A stretch of DNA of 13,223 nt from Octopus sinensis. Taxonomy: Eukaryota. This document shows, piece after piece, positions 1-9,847 of this stretch (within the stretch, counting starts at the first letter, position 1; the number at the start of each line of letters is the position of its first letter). Below the pieces are notes generated by a model. The model saw nothing but the letters and a program-made list of their open reading frames with translations, had not been told where the DNA came from and searched no databases. The stretch spans positions 1 through 13,223 of the forward strand of contig NW_021826416.1 in the NCBI RefSeq assembly GCF_006345805.1, written 5' to 3'. A program made the translations under genes and the position numbers.

Positions 1-49
1 GCCTGGTTCACACAACATCACCGCTTCACTCGACACGAACTGGGTGAGT
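1..49 (+). other. Candidate exon 3' end with 5' splice donor (CTGG|GTGAGT); coding or 5'UTR status unknown
   Basis: Bases 1-43 are GC-richer than the AT-rich sequence that follows and are open in all three frames (frame 1: AWFTQHHRFTRHEL). They are followed by the consensus donor GTGAGT at 44-49. No recognisable homology. Confidence 0.3.
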
Positions 50-169
50 TTCTATTTATAATTTTGCCTCCAGTTTTACTTCTATGTTTGTTCTCTTATT
101 ATAGGTTGTTTTTTCATTCAATTACCGTATATTTCTTTATTCTTTTTTCCCCTTTGCCACAGATATCGA

Positions 170-301
170 ATTTATATATACATACATACCTGCATATATA
201 TATATATGGAAACACTTATACACATACATACATATATTTACATATATATGAGAGTGTGTATATACATACATACACACACGTATGTGTGTACGCATATATA
301 T
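170..301. repeat. Compound (TA)n/(CATA)n/(CA)n microsatellite
   Basis: Direct reading of dinucleotide and tetranucleotide runs. Confidence 0.9.
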
Positions 302-347
302 AAGAGAGAAAATCAATTTATAAAAATAAAAGACTGATTACACTTAC

Positions 348-388
348 CAGTGGGTCTCCTGGGCATTAAAGGTATACAAGATATCGAT
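348..388 (-). other. Candidate 41-nt internal exon on the minus strand
   Basis: Minus strand reads TTTTTTGTGTAG|ATCGATATC...CCACTG|GTAAGTG: good acceptor and near-perfect donor. Two of three frames are open (IDILYTFNAQETH or SISCIPLMPRRPT). No homology recognised. Confidence 0.2.
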
Positions 389-810
389 CTACACAAAAAA
401 CATTTCTAGCCTCAAATTCTAACCGGTCGGATAGCATTCAGCCTAATGCGATTACAAAGACCTAAAGATATCAACCCTTTGATTTAACAATTGTAAAGTT
501 TACATTATAACAGACTCATATATTAACTAACGATTTCAATGGGTACAGCCATACATGTGTAGATATATGTTGGTTAGATGGTTTGCTTTGCAACTAATCA
601 ATCTCACTACATGCCGCATAGTTCAAATATTTTCTATCACAGCCTAGATATTAAGGCTTTAACTTACATAAAAATCCATTGGAAAAATAAATACACCGTA
701 GCTCTCTCTCACTCTCTGAATCAGTCTTTGTGACTTATTGCTTTAGATATTCTAAGTTTTTACATCTAATCATGTACAATATTTTACAATAATTCAGTGA
801 TTTACTCACC

Positions 811-859
811 ACAACTTCGCTGAAGAGGTCTAAAATTAACGAAACATGTCTGTACTTGT
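811..859 (+). ncRNA. Degenerate minimal type I hammerhead ribozyme motif (Penelope-like-element style)
   Basis: Order matches type I: stem I 5' ACAACTTCG (811-819); CTGAAGA core (820-826); weak stem II (828-840, closed by G828-C840); GAAA (841-844); palindromic stem III ACATGT; GTC cleavage triplet (848-850); stem I 3' TGTACTTGT (851-859). 7 of 9 stem I pairs form, including one G-U. Confidence 0.5.
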
Positions 860-1712
860 CTACCATATTTGTCGGAATATATTTTCTTCAACTCAGAGTT
901 AATTTTTTTTTACTTGGTAGCAGAATTAATCTGTCGACCAGCTTAACACCGCCTAGTCCTTGGGTACCCCTGGACTCCTCTATTTTGCAAGTATTTGGCA
1001 AGGGTTCTGTGGGTATTAATCCTTGTATGGAAAGGGTCATGGCACTGCCTTTCTTCCAGTGACTAAGCAATTAAAATTGCTAGTATGATTATGTCGGAAT
1101 TCCCAATACTGTAGTTCATAAGAAAATAAACAGAAAGCTATATCCTTATATTTTAGAAGAATAATAACTGTGTACTCTATGCGTAATATCATCGACAAGG
1201 AAAATACATCGCCAGGAGCATAAACCTTGCTCTTAGACCCTCTTAGTTTTCTACACTAATATTCTTTCATATTCGTTACGCCTCGTATTCCAGAAAATGT
1301 ATGTAGGAGTTCTGAGGTTTGCACTTTTCTTGACATTATTTCCAGTGGCTGATGAGCCTAAGTCATGGTCTTTGCATATCACAGCCTCACTACGTCTTCC
1401 AACTTCTAGAACATATTGCCCCATGTTAACTTTCCGTCATGAAGTTGATTTTAAAATGTATAATCATTCGTTAATCACATGTAGTTTATAGTGAACAACA
1501 TTAGATTCTCTTACGTAATTGCTTGGTACCGGTTTCGTCTTAGCTAAATAATGTAACAACATTACTGCGTTTGTGCTAACATATTTAATGCAGTCAACAT
1601 AAAAAAATCTAATTAGTAATAATTATGAAATGAAGGACATACAAAAATAACCCATTGACTAATATTTCAATTATGTTGACAAATAAGGGAGACAACTACA
1701 GACATGTTTCGT
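811..1712. mobile_element. Inverted-repeat-bounded element remnant (Penelope-like inverted pLTR or MITE-like)
   Basis: 839-873 and the reverse complement of 1678-1712 match at 32/35 nt. The left arm overlaps the hammerhead-like motif. No target-site duplication is visible and no RT or transposase ORF is recognisable inside. Confidence 0.45.
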
Positions 1713-1765
1713 GTTGGTGGCAGAATTACTATATACATGTGCAATATATTATACATGCGCAGTGA

Positions 1766-2001
1766 GGCAGTGAGCTTGCTGAATCGTTAGCACGTCGTGC
1801 AAAATGCTTAGTGGTATTTCACCTGTCGTTACGTTCTGAGTTCAAATTCCGCCGAGGTCGACTTTGCCTTTCATCCTTTCGGGGTCGATTAAATAAGTAA
1901 CAGTTACGCACTGGGGTCGATATAATCAACTTAATCAGTTTGTCTGTCCTTGTTTGTCCCCTATGTGTTTAGCCCCTTGTGGGTAGTAAATGAAATAGGT
2001 A
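1766..2001 (+). mobile_element. tRNA-derived SINE, family 'A' (octopus-type), near full length
   Basis: Degenerate A-box-like TTGCTGAATCG and B-box GAGTTCAAATTCC, central GCCTTTCATCCTTTCGGGGTCGAT domain, and tail CCCCTTGTGGGTAGTAAATGAAATA. Collinear with the copies at 9597-9847 and 12554-12789. Confidence 0.9.
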
Positions 2002-2641
2002 GCTTGATATTATGACAAGTATTTGGTTGTTATTTATAGCAGATCGAGGAACCATGTGAATAGTATCCACACTAAATCTGCAAAGCTTATTTATCTCGAA
2101 TTTCACAAAGATTCTTCGGCATCTGATGTTCCTAAAAATCAAAGGCTGAGATAATAAGCATGTCTGTGTATTTTAAATAAAAATCCTGTCTGAACAGCTA
2201 TTTTCATATCAGCTTAACTTCTCTAATTTTAGAAAATACGATCGATAGATTTAATAACAGAATGTATTATAGAATTCATTTCAATCTTGACAGATTTTAA
2301 ATTATTTTAATGCTAACATCCTCTAAGGCAAGCGGTACAGTAAAAAGGTGGGGATTTTAATTCAGTTTTGGTTATAAATCAAATACTGCCTCATATATTA
2401 TTATACTATAAAGATCTGTGTTTAGCTCTTCGTAAACTTGCTGTGGTGACTGCATAAAGACTGTAATGATGATATTCGAAAAGAAATTGATACAGTGATA
2501 AAACTGTAATTAATAGTTCTATGTGTCTATGTTTATTGTACATTTCAAAGAAGTTCTTGTTGACTCTGTCTCTATGTAAGCATCACTGCATACAAATAAC
2601 CAGATCTGCTTTTATTAAGTGAATGACGTCAGAACGATGAA

Positions 2642-2690
2642 TTTATTTTATTTTATTTTATTTTATTTTATTTTATTTTATTTTATTTTA
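2642..2690. repeat. (TTTTA)n pentanucleotide microsatellite, about 9-10 units
   Basis: Direct reading. Confidence 0.95.
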
Positions 2691-3639
2691 ATTTACTTTC
2701 ATTTGAGGGTGTACAAACGAATCTTAATGAACAAAGTCTTCGAAAATATTTCTACAAATGAAAGCGCTCGTTAATTATTTAAGTGATAAAGAAAACTTGA
2801 GAAGGAAAAAGACTAAGAAAATGAAAGCCATGAAAATGAAAAGAGCGAATGCACGAATGAAAGAATGAGTGTGAGATTGAGTAAATTAGTGGAATCTAAG
2901 AGAACTTAAATCCAACATCGTTTAACTTGATGAACTAAATAGGAAACGGCAGCTCTACACAAGTCTTTCAACAGTTTAATTGCATTTATCTCCCCCTCGT
3001 TTCAACACAACATTTTTCTTTTTTCTGATTGCTTCACAAATGTTAATCAATTTTAAGACGAGTTTTCTCCGAATACATTTTCAGTCTAATTACACGCTAT
3101 TTTTGTCATCACTATTAATTTATTTATCTGATCTGCAAAACGACCATATTTCGACTTCTATAGTTATTCCTTTCAAATAGAAATTCAGTTTGAATCTTCA
3201 ATTTTCTTTAATTTTCGGTATTCTATTCTATCATATTCATTTAATTTTTTTTTCAGAAGGGAACAAAACACTTCCTTCAATGCATCTGTTCTTCTTCCTT
3301 CTACAATCTTATTCCAAAACATTTTTCTAATTTTCTTTGCTCATTCACACCAAAAATCTTCGAGTCTATTGTTTAAGTTGCATCTGCCTTGTCGCCATCT
3401 TGGCTACATTCTGTCGGTATATCAAACGTATTCAGATAAATTATTGGATGAATATTACAATTTATAATAGTTTACTCCTCTGCATTTTTTTTTATATGTT
3501 TTGTTTTCTGTTCAATTATGTATGACTTTTTAAAAAATTTGATTTATTATGAGGATAAAATACATGCGAAACGTGTTCATATCTATTGTCTGCTGAAGAC
3601 GAATTGAGGAATATAGTGCACAGATACATTTCGATATTA

Positions 3640-4135
<496 letters not shown>

Positions 4136-4254
4136 TGTACAAGACAAATCTTCATCTGTGTATGAGCCTGTGTACGTGTATATAATATTCATATTGATAG
4201 ATACATACTTACTTTGATGAGTAGGTACCTGAGTAGATAGTTAGATATAATACA

Positions 4255-4527
4255 GGCATATACATACATACATACATGTGTGTGTGTGTGTAAATATATA
4301 TATATATATGTATGCATATATATGTGTATGTATAAATATATGTATATGCATGTGTGGGGGTGGGCGTGGGGGTGTGTGAGGTGTATATATATTAACAATA
4401 TATATATCTACATACACCTCACACACATCCACGCCCACACACACAATGCTATACATATATTTATACACATATATATATTACATATATATACATAATCTAA
4501 TATATACATATTTATACAAATATAATA

Positions 4528-4581
<54 letters not shown>

Positions 4582-4944
4582 TTATACATACATACAATAC
4601 CTACATACATATATGTATTAAAAGGATATAGATATCTTTACACAAATGTGTCGATGTATGTGTGCATTGTTTTTCTGAATATATATATACACATACACAC
4701 ATACATGCACACATACACACATACATACATATGCACATGCATACACACATACATACATACACCACATACATATACACATACATACACACACACGCACATA
4801 CATACGTGCGCACACGTACACACACATACATACATTACATACATACACGTACACACACATACATACATACATACATCGAAAAAGGAGGAAAACGAGTAAC
4901 ATACATATGTAGTGTTCCTAGCTCTCGGTGATATTGGCTGGCCG

Positions 4945-4975
<31 letters not shown>

Positions 4976-4988
4976 CATATATATATAC

Positions 4989-5072
<84 letters not shown>

Positions 5073-5095
5073 TATATATACGCGTGTGTGTGTGT
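4255..5095. repeat. Low-complexity (TA)/(CATA)/(CA)/(TG) tract
   Basis: Direct reading; it is the source of many spurious I/Y/H/T-rich ORFs. Confidence 0.9.
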
Positions 5096-5334
5096 TTTGT
5101 TTACAATTGAATAAGTACTGATTTTTATTATCATTCATTCGCTTTTCTATTCTTTGTATATATTGAATTTCCATGTTTAAGCGGGTTTATTATGCATAAG
5201 TGTGTGCAATATGAGTGTATATTATACTTGCCTATGTACAACTGTGTGTTTATAAGCTTTGCTAAAGAACTGTAATGTTAGTGTATGTGTAGTGTGTCTA
5301 ACATATGCGACTATAGTACCGGCTCTGTTAGGTA

Positions 5335-5595
5335 GTATATGTGTGTGTGCGTGTCTGTGTGTATGCGAATTTGCTGGTATGTATGTGTGGGTGTGTGTGG
5401 GCGGGTGTATCAATGTCTTTACTTCTATGTATTTCATGTACAAGATATAAAAGATGAAACATCATTCGTATAGCTAGATAGAAAGGCAGAAGATATAGAC
5501 GTATGTATATACATATATACATGTATATATATATATATATAATAAACATTCAAACATTCATTCATAAATATGCATATATACACATATAATAATAT

Positions 5596-5675
<80 letters not shown>

Positions 5676-5852
5676 ATTACATATCAATAAATAGTTTATA
5701 AACTATATGTATTTTTGTGCTTGTGTGTGTACATATGTACGGAAGTTTATCTGTATGTATTGTATATACAGTATACAATAGGTATATATACTATAAGCAT
5801 TCATATCATAAATATGCCTATATACACACAACTAGTAATAATATGTATATAC

Positions 5853-5895
<43 letters not shown>

Positions 5896-6110
5896 GTAAT
5901 GTATGTATATGTAATATATATGTATATGTATATATTATTATATATATATATATATAAATATAAATTACATATCAATAAATATTTATATAAACTATATGTT
6001 AGTTTGTGTGTGTGTTGTGTGTGTGTGTATTTGTGTTTCTACATACGTACGTAAGTCTATCTGTATTTATGTATATACATAAATACATATACGTTGATAT
6101 ACATTGATAT
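5335..6110. repeat. Low-complexity TA/TG tract containing a diverged direct duplication of about 290-310 bp period
   Basis: AATTACATATCAATAAATA occurs at 5675 and 5963. ACATATGTACGGAAGTTTATCTGTA (5731) matches ACATACGTACGTAAGTCTATCTGTA (6041). Confidence 0.85.
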
Positions 6111-6131
6111 GAAGTCGATATTTTTGTGCAG

Positions 6132-6361
6132 ATGCTTTCACTGAAAAACTTCGTTTGCATATAAACCGATTACAAAAGCTGCGCTTCCGTTGTTCGGTGG
6201 GACATTCTCTTCGATTGTTACCTAAACAATCTAAAAGAAAAGAATACGCAGATATGTCATACTGCGTACAGCATAAATTATTCGACATCACTGATAAAGT
6301 AGATGATATGCTTGGCTATCATATAGGGCAGTTGAATGGAGAGCTGACCTTCAAACTGTAA
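6132..6361 (+). CDS. Candidate terminal coding exon (phase-1 start), product unknown
   Basis: Acceptor ATTTTTGTGCAG at 6120-6131, then an open frame of ordinary amino-acid composition (D)AFTEKLRLHINRLQKLRFRCSVGHSLRLLPKQSKRKEYADMSYCVQHKLFDITDKVDDMLGYHIGQLNGELTFKL, ending at TAA 6359-6361. An in-frame stop lies just upstream of the acceptor (6110-6112). No recognised domain. Confidence 0.3.
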
Positions 6362-6477
6362 AGCATTAAGACAATTTTTGTTAAGATTCCAAAATCTGCT
6401 GGTTTAGAAATGGCTTCGTTCTGGTGAATATTTTGTGCTGGTCTTACTGAATTTCTAAGACTTTCGACTGTGTGGTT

Positions 6478-6481
<4 letters not shown>

Positions 6482-6523
<42 letters not shown>

Positions 6524-6542
6524 GTATATATATATATATTAT
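6482..6542. repeat. (TA)n microsatellite
   Basis: Direct reading. Confidence 0.9.
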
Positions 6543-6569
6543 GTCTTTTTATCTAGTTTTTACCAAATT

Positions 6570-6944
6570 TCAGTCATCGAACGCTCGGCTATGAGGGGAC
6601 ATCACCATAAAGGATTCTGTCGAACGAATCGGGTGCAGTACTTGTTGTTAAGTGTGGTACTCATTGTATCGGTCTCTTTTGGTGAATTGCTAAGTTACGG
6701 GGGCTTATACCACGACCGCTTGTCAAGCAGTGATAGGGGACAGAGACAAAGGTACACACACACACACACGCACAATTAACGCCTGCAGTCACCAGATCTA
6801 TGATCACCAAATCTTCCTCTCTTTATGTGTGTGTGGTGTGTGTGTGTGTGTGCATGAAGCTTTTTTAAATTAGTTCGTGGTAAGTGATGGACTGAACCCG
6901 GAATCATGTGGTTGGTAAGCAAACTACTTACCACACAGCCACTC
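6570..6944 (-). mobile_element. Diverged tRNA-derived composite SINE, family 'B'
   Basis: Head on the minus strand GGCTGTGTGGTAAGTAGTTTGCTTACCAACCACATGATTCCGGGTTCAGTCC (6940 to 6889). The 3' module (GGTCTCTTTTG..CTAAGTTACG..TTGTCAAGC..GACAAA) aligns with the copy at 7321-7725. Confidence 0.7.
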
Positions 6945-6988
6945 TGGGCTATAAAAAAGTCATTTGGGATAGAAAACATCGAATGCTA

Positions 6989-7053
6989 CCCGTGCGACTT
7001 GAACCTAGATTTGCTGTATACACATAGCTGGCGTTCAACCACAGGACTACATC
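6989..7053 (-). mobile_element. Old tRNA-like head (probable SINE relic)
   Basis: Minus strand GATGTAGTCCTGTGGTTGAACGCC...CTAGGTTCAAGTCGC shows A-box-like and B-box-like (GGTTCAAGTC) motifs at tRNA-like spacing. No clean cloverleaf. Confidence 0.35.
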
Positions 7054-7320
7054 AAACCTTCGAGTTCCTGCATTCATTTTAGAGCCTTGATTGCTACCAG
7101 TGATAATTGTTTGGACGTCATAAGGATTCATAAGTGTAAATGAAAATAGTTGTGTCCAAATGTGCGTGACTCTTTCTGTATAGAAACAAAAATATTATAA
7201 CTAAATAATTTAACGGTAAATGGATATACTAACAAAAAAACTACGGTTCGTTGCAAGCAAAATCTTACCTAAAACTCTTGGATGGTAATCCAGACCTCCG
7301 TCTCGAGGTTATTCCTTTAT

Positions 7321-7534
7321 TTGTTTCAGTTATTTGACTGCGACCATGCTGGAGCACCGCCTTTGTAAGCCTAGTGCATTTTCTATCAGTCTATTTTGCC
7401 GAACCGCTAAGTTACGAATGCAAAAACACCAGCGTCGGTTGTCAAGCGAAACTGACGGGGAGACAAACACAGGCACACAGACCATATATATATGTGGTGT
7501 GTGTGTGTGTGTGTGGTGTGTGTGTTGTGTGTGT

Positions 7535-7573
<39 letters not shown>

Positions 7574-7725
7574 ATATATATATATATCCACATATATATA
7601 TATATATACGACGGTCTTCTTTCAGTTTCCGTCTACCCTCACAAAGCTTTGGTCGGCCTCGGGGACTGAACCCAGAAGCATATGATCGGGAAGTAAACTT
7701 CTTACCACACAGCCATGCCTGCACC
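7321..7725 (-). mobile_element. tRNA-derived composite SINE, family 'B', with internal (TA)/(TG) microsatellite and internal deletions
   Basis: Minus strand: head GGTGCAGGCATGGCTGTGTGGTAAGAAG..GGGTTCAGTCCC, mid module GGTAGACGGAAACTGAAAGAAGACCGTCGTATATA, microsatellite, then tail AGGCGGTGCTCCAGCATGGTCGCAGTCAAAT. 31 nt (7332-7362) are identical to 12464-12494. Confidence 0.85.
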
Positions 7726-8089
7726 TATAAATTCTTCAAAGATATTCAACATAGAAAATTTAACTTCGACTTCAAATTACGTTAAACTGAACGCATGTGC
7801 GTGTATTAAATAAAATTAATTCACATTATATTTAAGCTTTGGAAGTCACTAGTAAACCGAATTCTCTCTGCTGTTGTTGGTGTTCTTGTTGTTGCTATTT
7901 TTTAAATGTAATTCTATTCTGCGTCATATTAATGTTTATTCTCGTTAAATTCAAAAGTTATTGTAAAGTAAATTGAATCTTTCTTCACAAGCTTTACTAG
8001 TAAACTTACCGTCGGAGTAAATTTAATCAAACGTTAGCACTATTGCAATAATATTACAAATATTGTGATAGATATGAGGTGTTTGTGTT

Positions 8090-8128
8090 AGTGGTTGTGG
8101 TGGTGGTGGTGGGTGGTGGTGGTGGTGG
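8090..8128. repeat. (GGT)n trinucleotide repeat
   Basis: Direct reading. Confidence 0.9.
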
Positions 8129-8281
8129 CCGTTGAAAATAAAATTAAATTCTGCCTGTCAAAATAATAATTTATCACTAATCTATCCGCAGCTGTAATAG
8201 CTGTGTGCCTTGAGGAGAATTTTGAAATCTCTTCATATATAAATATAAAAACATTTATTATCAATATGCTACGTAGAGAAG

Positions 8282-8440
8282 TGAAGGTGCGTGGCTTACT
8301 GGTTAAGGCTTCCATAAGGTGGCGCGTTTGATTCTCGGTAGTACATTGTGTCCTTCCCCTGCAGATAAAAAGACTACTTATTACCAGAGTCATGTAGTTT
8401 GATTGGGCCGGTTTCCCAGATTCTCTGGCGTATATGCTGC
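8282..8440 (+). mobile_element. Highly degenerate tRNA-derived SINE head plus GC-rich repeat fragment
   Basis: TGGCTTACTGGTT (A-box-like) and GTTTGATTC (B-box-like) are followed by TTGTGTCCTT. The later GGGCCGGTTTCCC..TGGCGTATATG resembles recurrent octopus repeat sequence (from recall, not a database match). Confidence 0.4.
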
Positions 8441-8444
8441 CTAC

Positions 8445-8545
8445 TGTGAGTGGATTTGGTAGACGGAAACTGAAGGGATCTCGTCGTATATATATGTGGG
8501 TGGGTGTGAGTGTGGGTGGGTGTGTTTGTCTCCCCCCACCGCACC
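8445..8545 (+). mobile_element. Family 'B' SINE internal fragment
   Basis: TGTGAGTGGATTTGGTAGACGGAAACTGAAGGGATCTCGTCGTATATA..TGTGTTTGTCTCCCC; its GGTAGACGGAAACTGAA..CGTCGTATA part is the reverse complement of the module at about 7605-7637. Confidence 0.75.
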
Positions 8546-8644
8546 AACATTTACATTTTTGAAGCAAGTGACCGGAAGTAGGAATGAAGAGTAAATGCTT
8601 TCTGGAATAGGAAGGAACGAAAATGGTCAGTATGCGTATGCATG

Positions 8645-8651
8645 CGCGCGT

Positions 8652-8684
<33 letters not shown>

Positions 8685-8930
8685 TAGCGTGTTGTGTATA
8701 TGTGTGGTAGCGTGTGGTAGCGTGCGTGTGTAGCAGTAACTGTGTGTGTGCGTGGCAGCGTGTGTGCGTGGCAGCGTGTGTGCGTGGTAATTGTGTGTGT
8801 GCGTGTTTGATGCGTAAGTGTATGGTAGCGTGTGGTAGCGTGTCTGTGTGTGTGTGTTTGTGTTTGTGTGTCTAGTCTGTGCGTGTGGGTGTATAGTAGG
8901 ATCTGCGTGCGTGTCTGTTTGTGTGTTAAA
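8645..8930. repeat. (GT)n tract with interspersed GTGG(T/C)AGCGT minisatellite units
   Basis: Units at about 8681, 8704, 8714, 8752, 8768, 8823 and 8832. Confidence 0.85.
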
Positions 8931-8950
8931 TATATATATATATTCCATAT

Positions 8951-9098
8951 AGTTTCCATTTCCCAAATTCACCCACAAAGCATAATCTAGTCGGCCCGAG
9001 GATATAGAAACAGACGCTTGCCCAAATGCTGTGCTGTGGGATTGAACCCGGAACCACATAGTTGCAAGTGGGTTTCTTCTCAACACACCCATGTCTAC
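8951..9098 (-). mobile_element. Family 'B' SINE 5' part (tRNA head plus CORE-like TTGGGCAAG segment)
   Basis: Minus strand: GGGTGTGTTGAGAAG..GTGGTTCCGGGTTCAATCCCACAGCACAGCATTTGGGCAAGCGTCTG..CCTCGGGCCGAC..TGTGGGTGAATTTGGGAAATGGAAACT. The TTGGGCAAG match to the CORE-SINE domain is recalled similarity. Confidence 0.75.
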
Positions 9099-9596
9099 GT
9101 CGATAAAAAAAAATGCTCTCCTCTCACCGGAAAGGAGAATAATGATTAAGCTCAATTATATCTTGATGAGTTCAATAGATCTAAATAAAGAAGTAGAATG
9201 GCAAGTCTATTAATTAGCGTCTGTCCATTTAACGTTGTCAATCAATTTGATTATTGTAATTAGTTAAATTTCAGACGTATTGGATCTCGGAAGCTGGGTC
9301 AAATTTAGACACCGAGTTTTTCATTAAACCTAAAGCAGCATATTACTGTTGTCCGAGAGCATGCGCAGAATCACTGGGTTACGAGTGATTCTGAATGGAT
9401 AGCTTGCAAAGAGCGAGGTGAGAGGCTCTAGAAAAAGTGAGGCCCGTTGCAAACGTTAATCCGACTTGTAACTTATTCCAGCCGCCCGTTAAAAGAAAAT
9501 AGCAGCGAGAAAGGAAAAAGAGAAGAAACTGCATGTCTGATGGTCAATGGTTAATGGTTAAAGAATAATAGTATAATGGCTAATGGTTAAAGTATA

Positions 9597-9847
9597 TAAG
9601 GTGGCGAGCTGGCACAATCGTTAGCACGCCGGGCAAAATGCTTAGCAGTATTTCGTCTGCCGCTACGTTCTGAGTTCAAATTCCGCTGAGGTTCAAATTC
9701 CACCGAGGTCGACTTTGCCTTTCATCCTTTCGGGGTCGATTAAATAAGTACCAGTTACGCACTGGGGTCGATATAATCGACTTAATCTGTTTGTCTGTCC
9801 TTGTTTGCCCTCTCTGTGTTTAGTCCCTTGTGGGTTGTAAAGAAATA
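9597..9847 (+). mobile_element. Full-length family 'A' tRNA-derived SINE with 12-bp target-site duplication
   Basis: A-box TGGCACAATCG, duplicated B-box region, central domain and tail. GGTTAAAGTATA flanks both ends (9585-9596 and 9848-9859). Confidence 0.95.

Noticed and set aside
1349-1375. CTGATGAGCC..GG resembling a hammerhead core with stem II
   Set aside because: No following GAAA or stem III, so the motif is incomplete.
2624-2631. Perfect CRE palindrome TGACGTCA
   Set aside because: A single 8-mer in 13 kb is compatible with chance, and there is no promoter context.
3567-3600. GAAACGTGTT...CTGAAGAC, a second hammerhead-like motif
   Set aside because: The core elements are present in type II order, but stems I and II cannot be formed convincingly.
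8090-8128. G-quadruplex potential of the (GGT)n run
   Set aside because: Only two-tier GG tracts in an ordinary trinucleotide microsatellite; no evidence of function.
8088-9155. Longest ORF (355 aa, minus strand)
   Set aside because: Stitched from reverse-strand SINE pieces, (CA)n/CACGCTAC repeats and (CCA)n. T/H/R low complexity, with no domain or coding-like composition.
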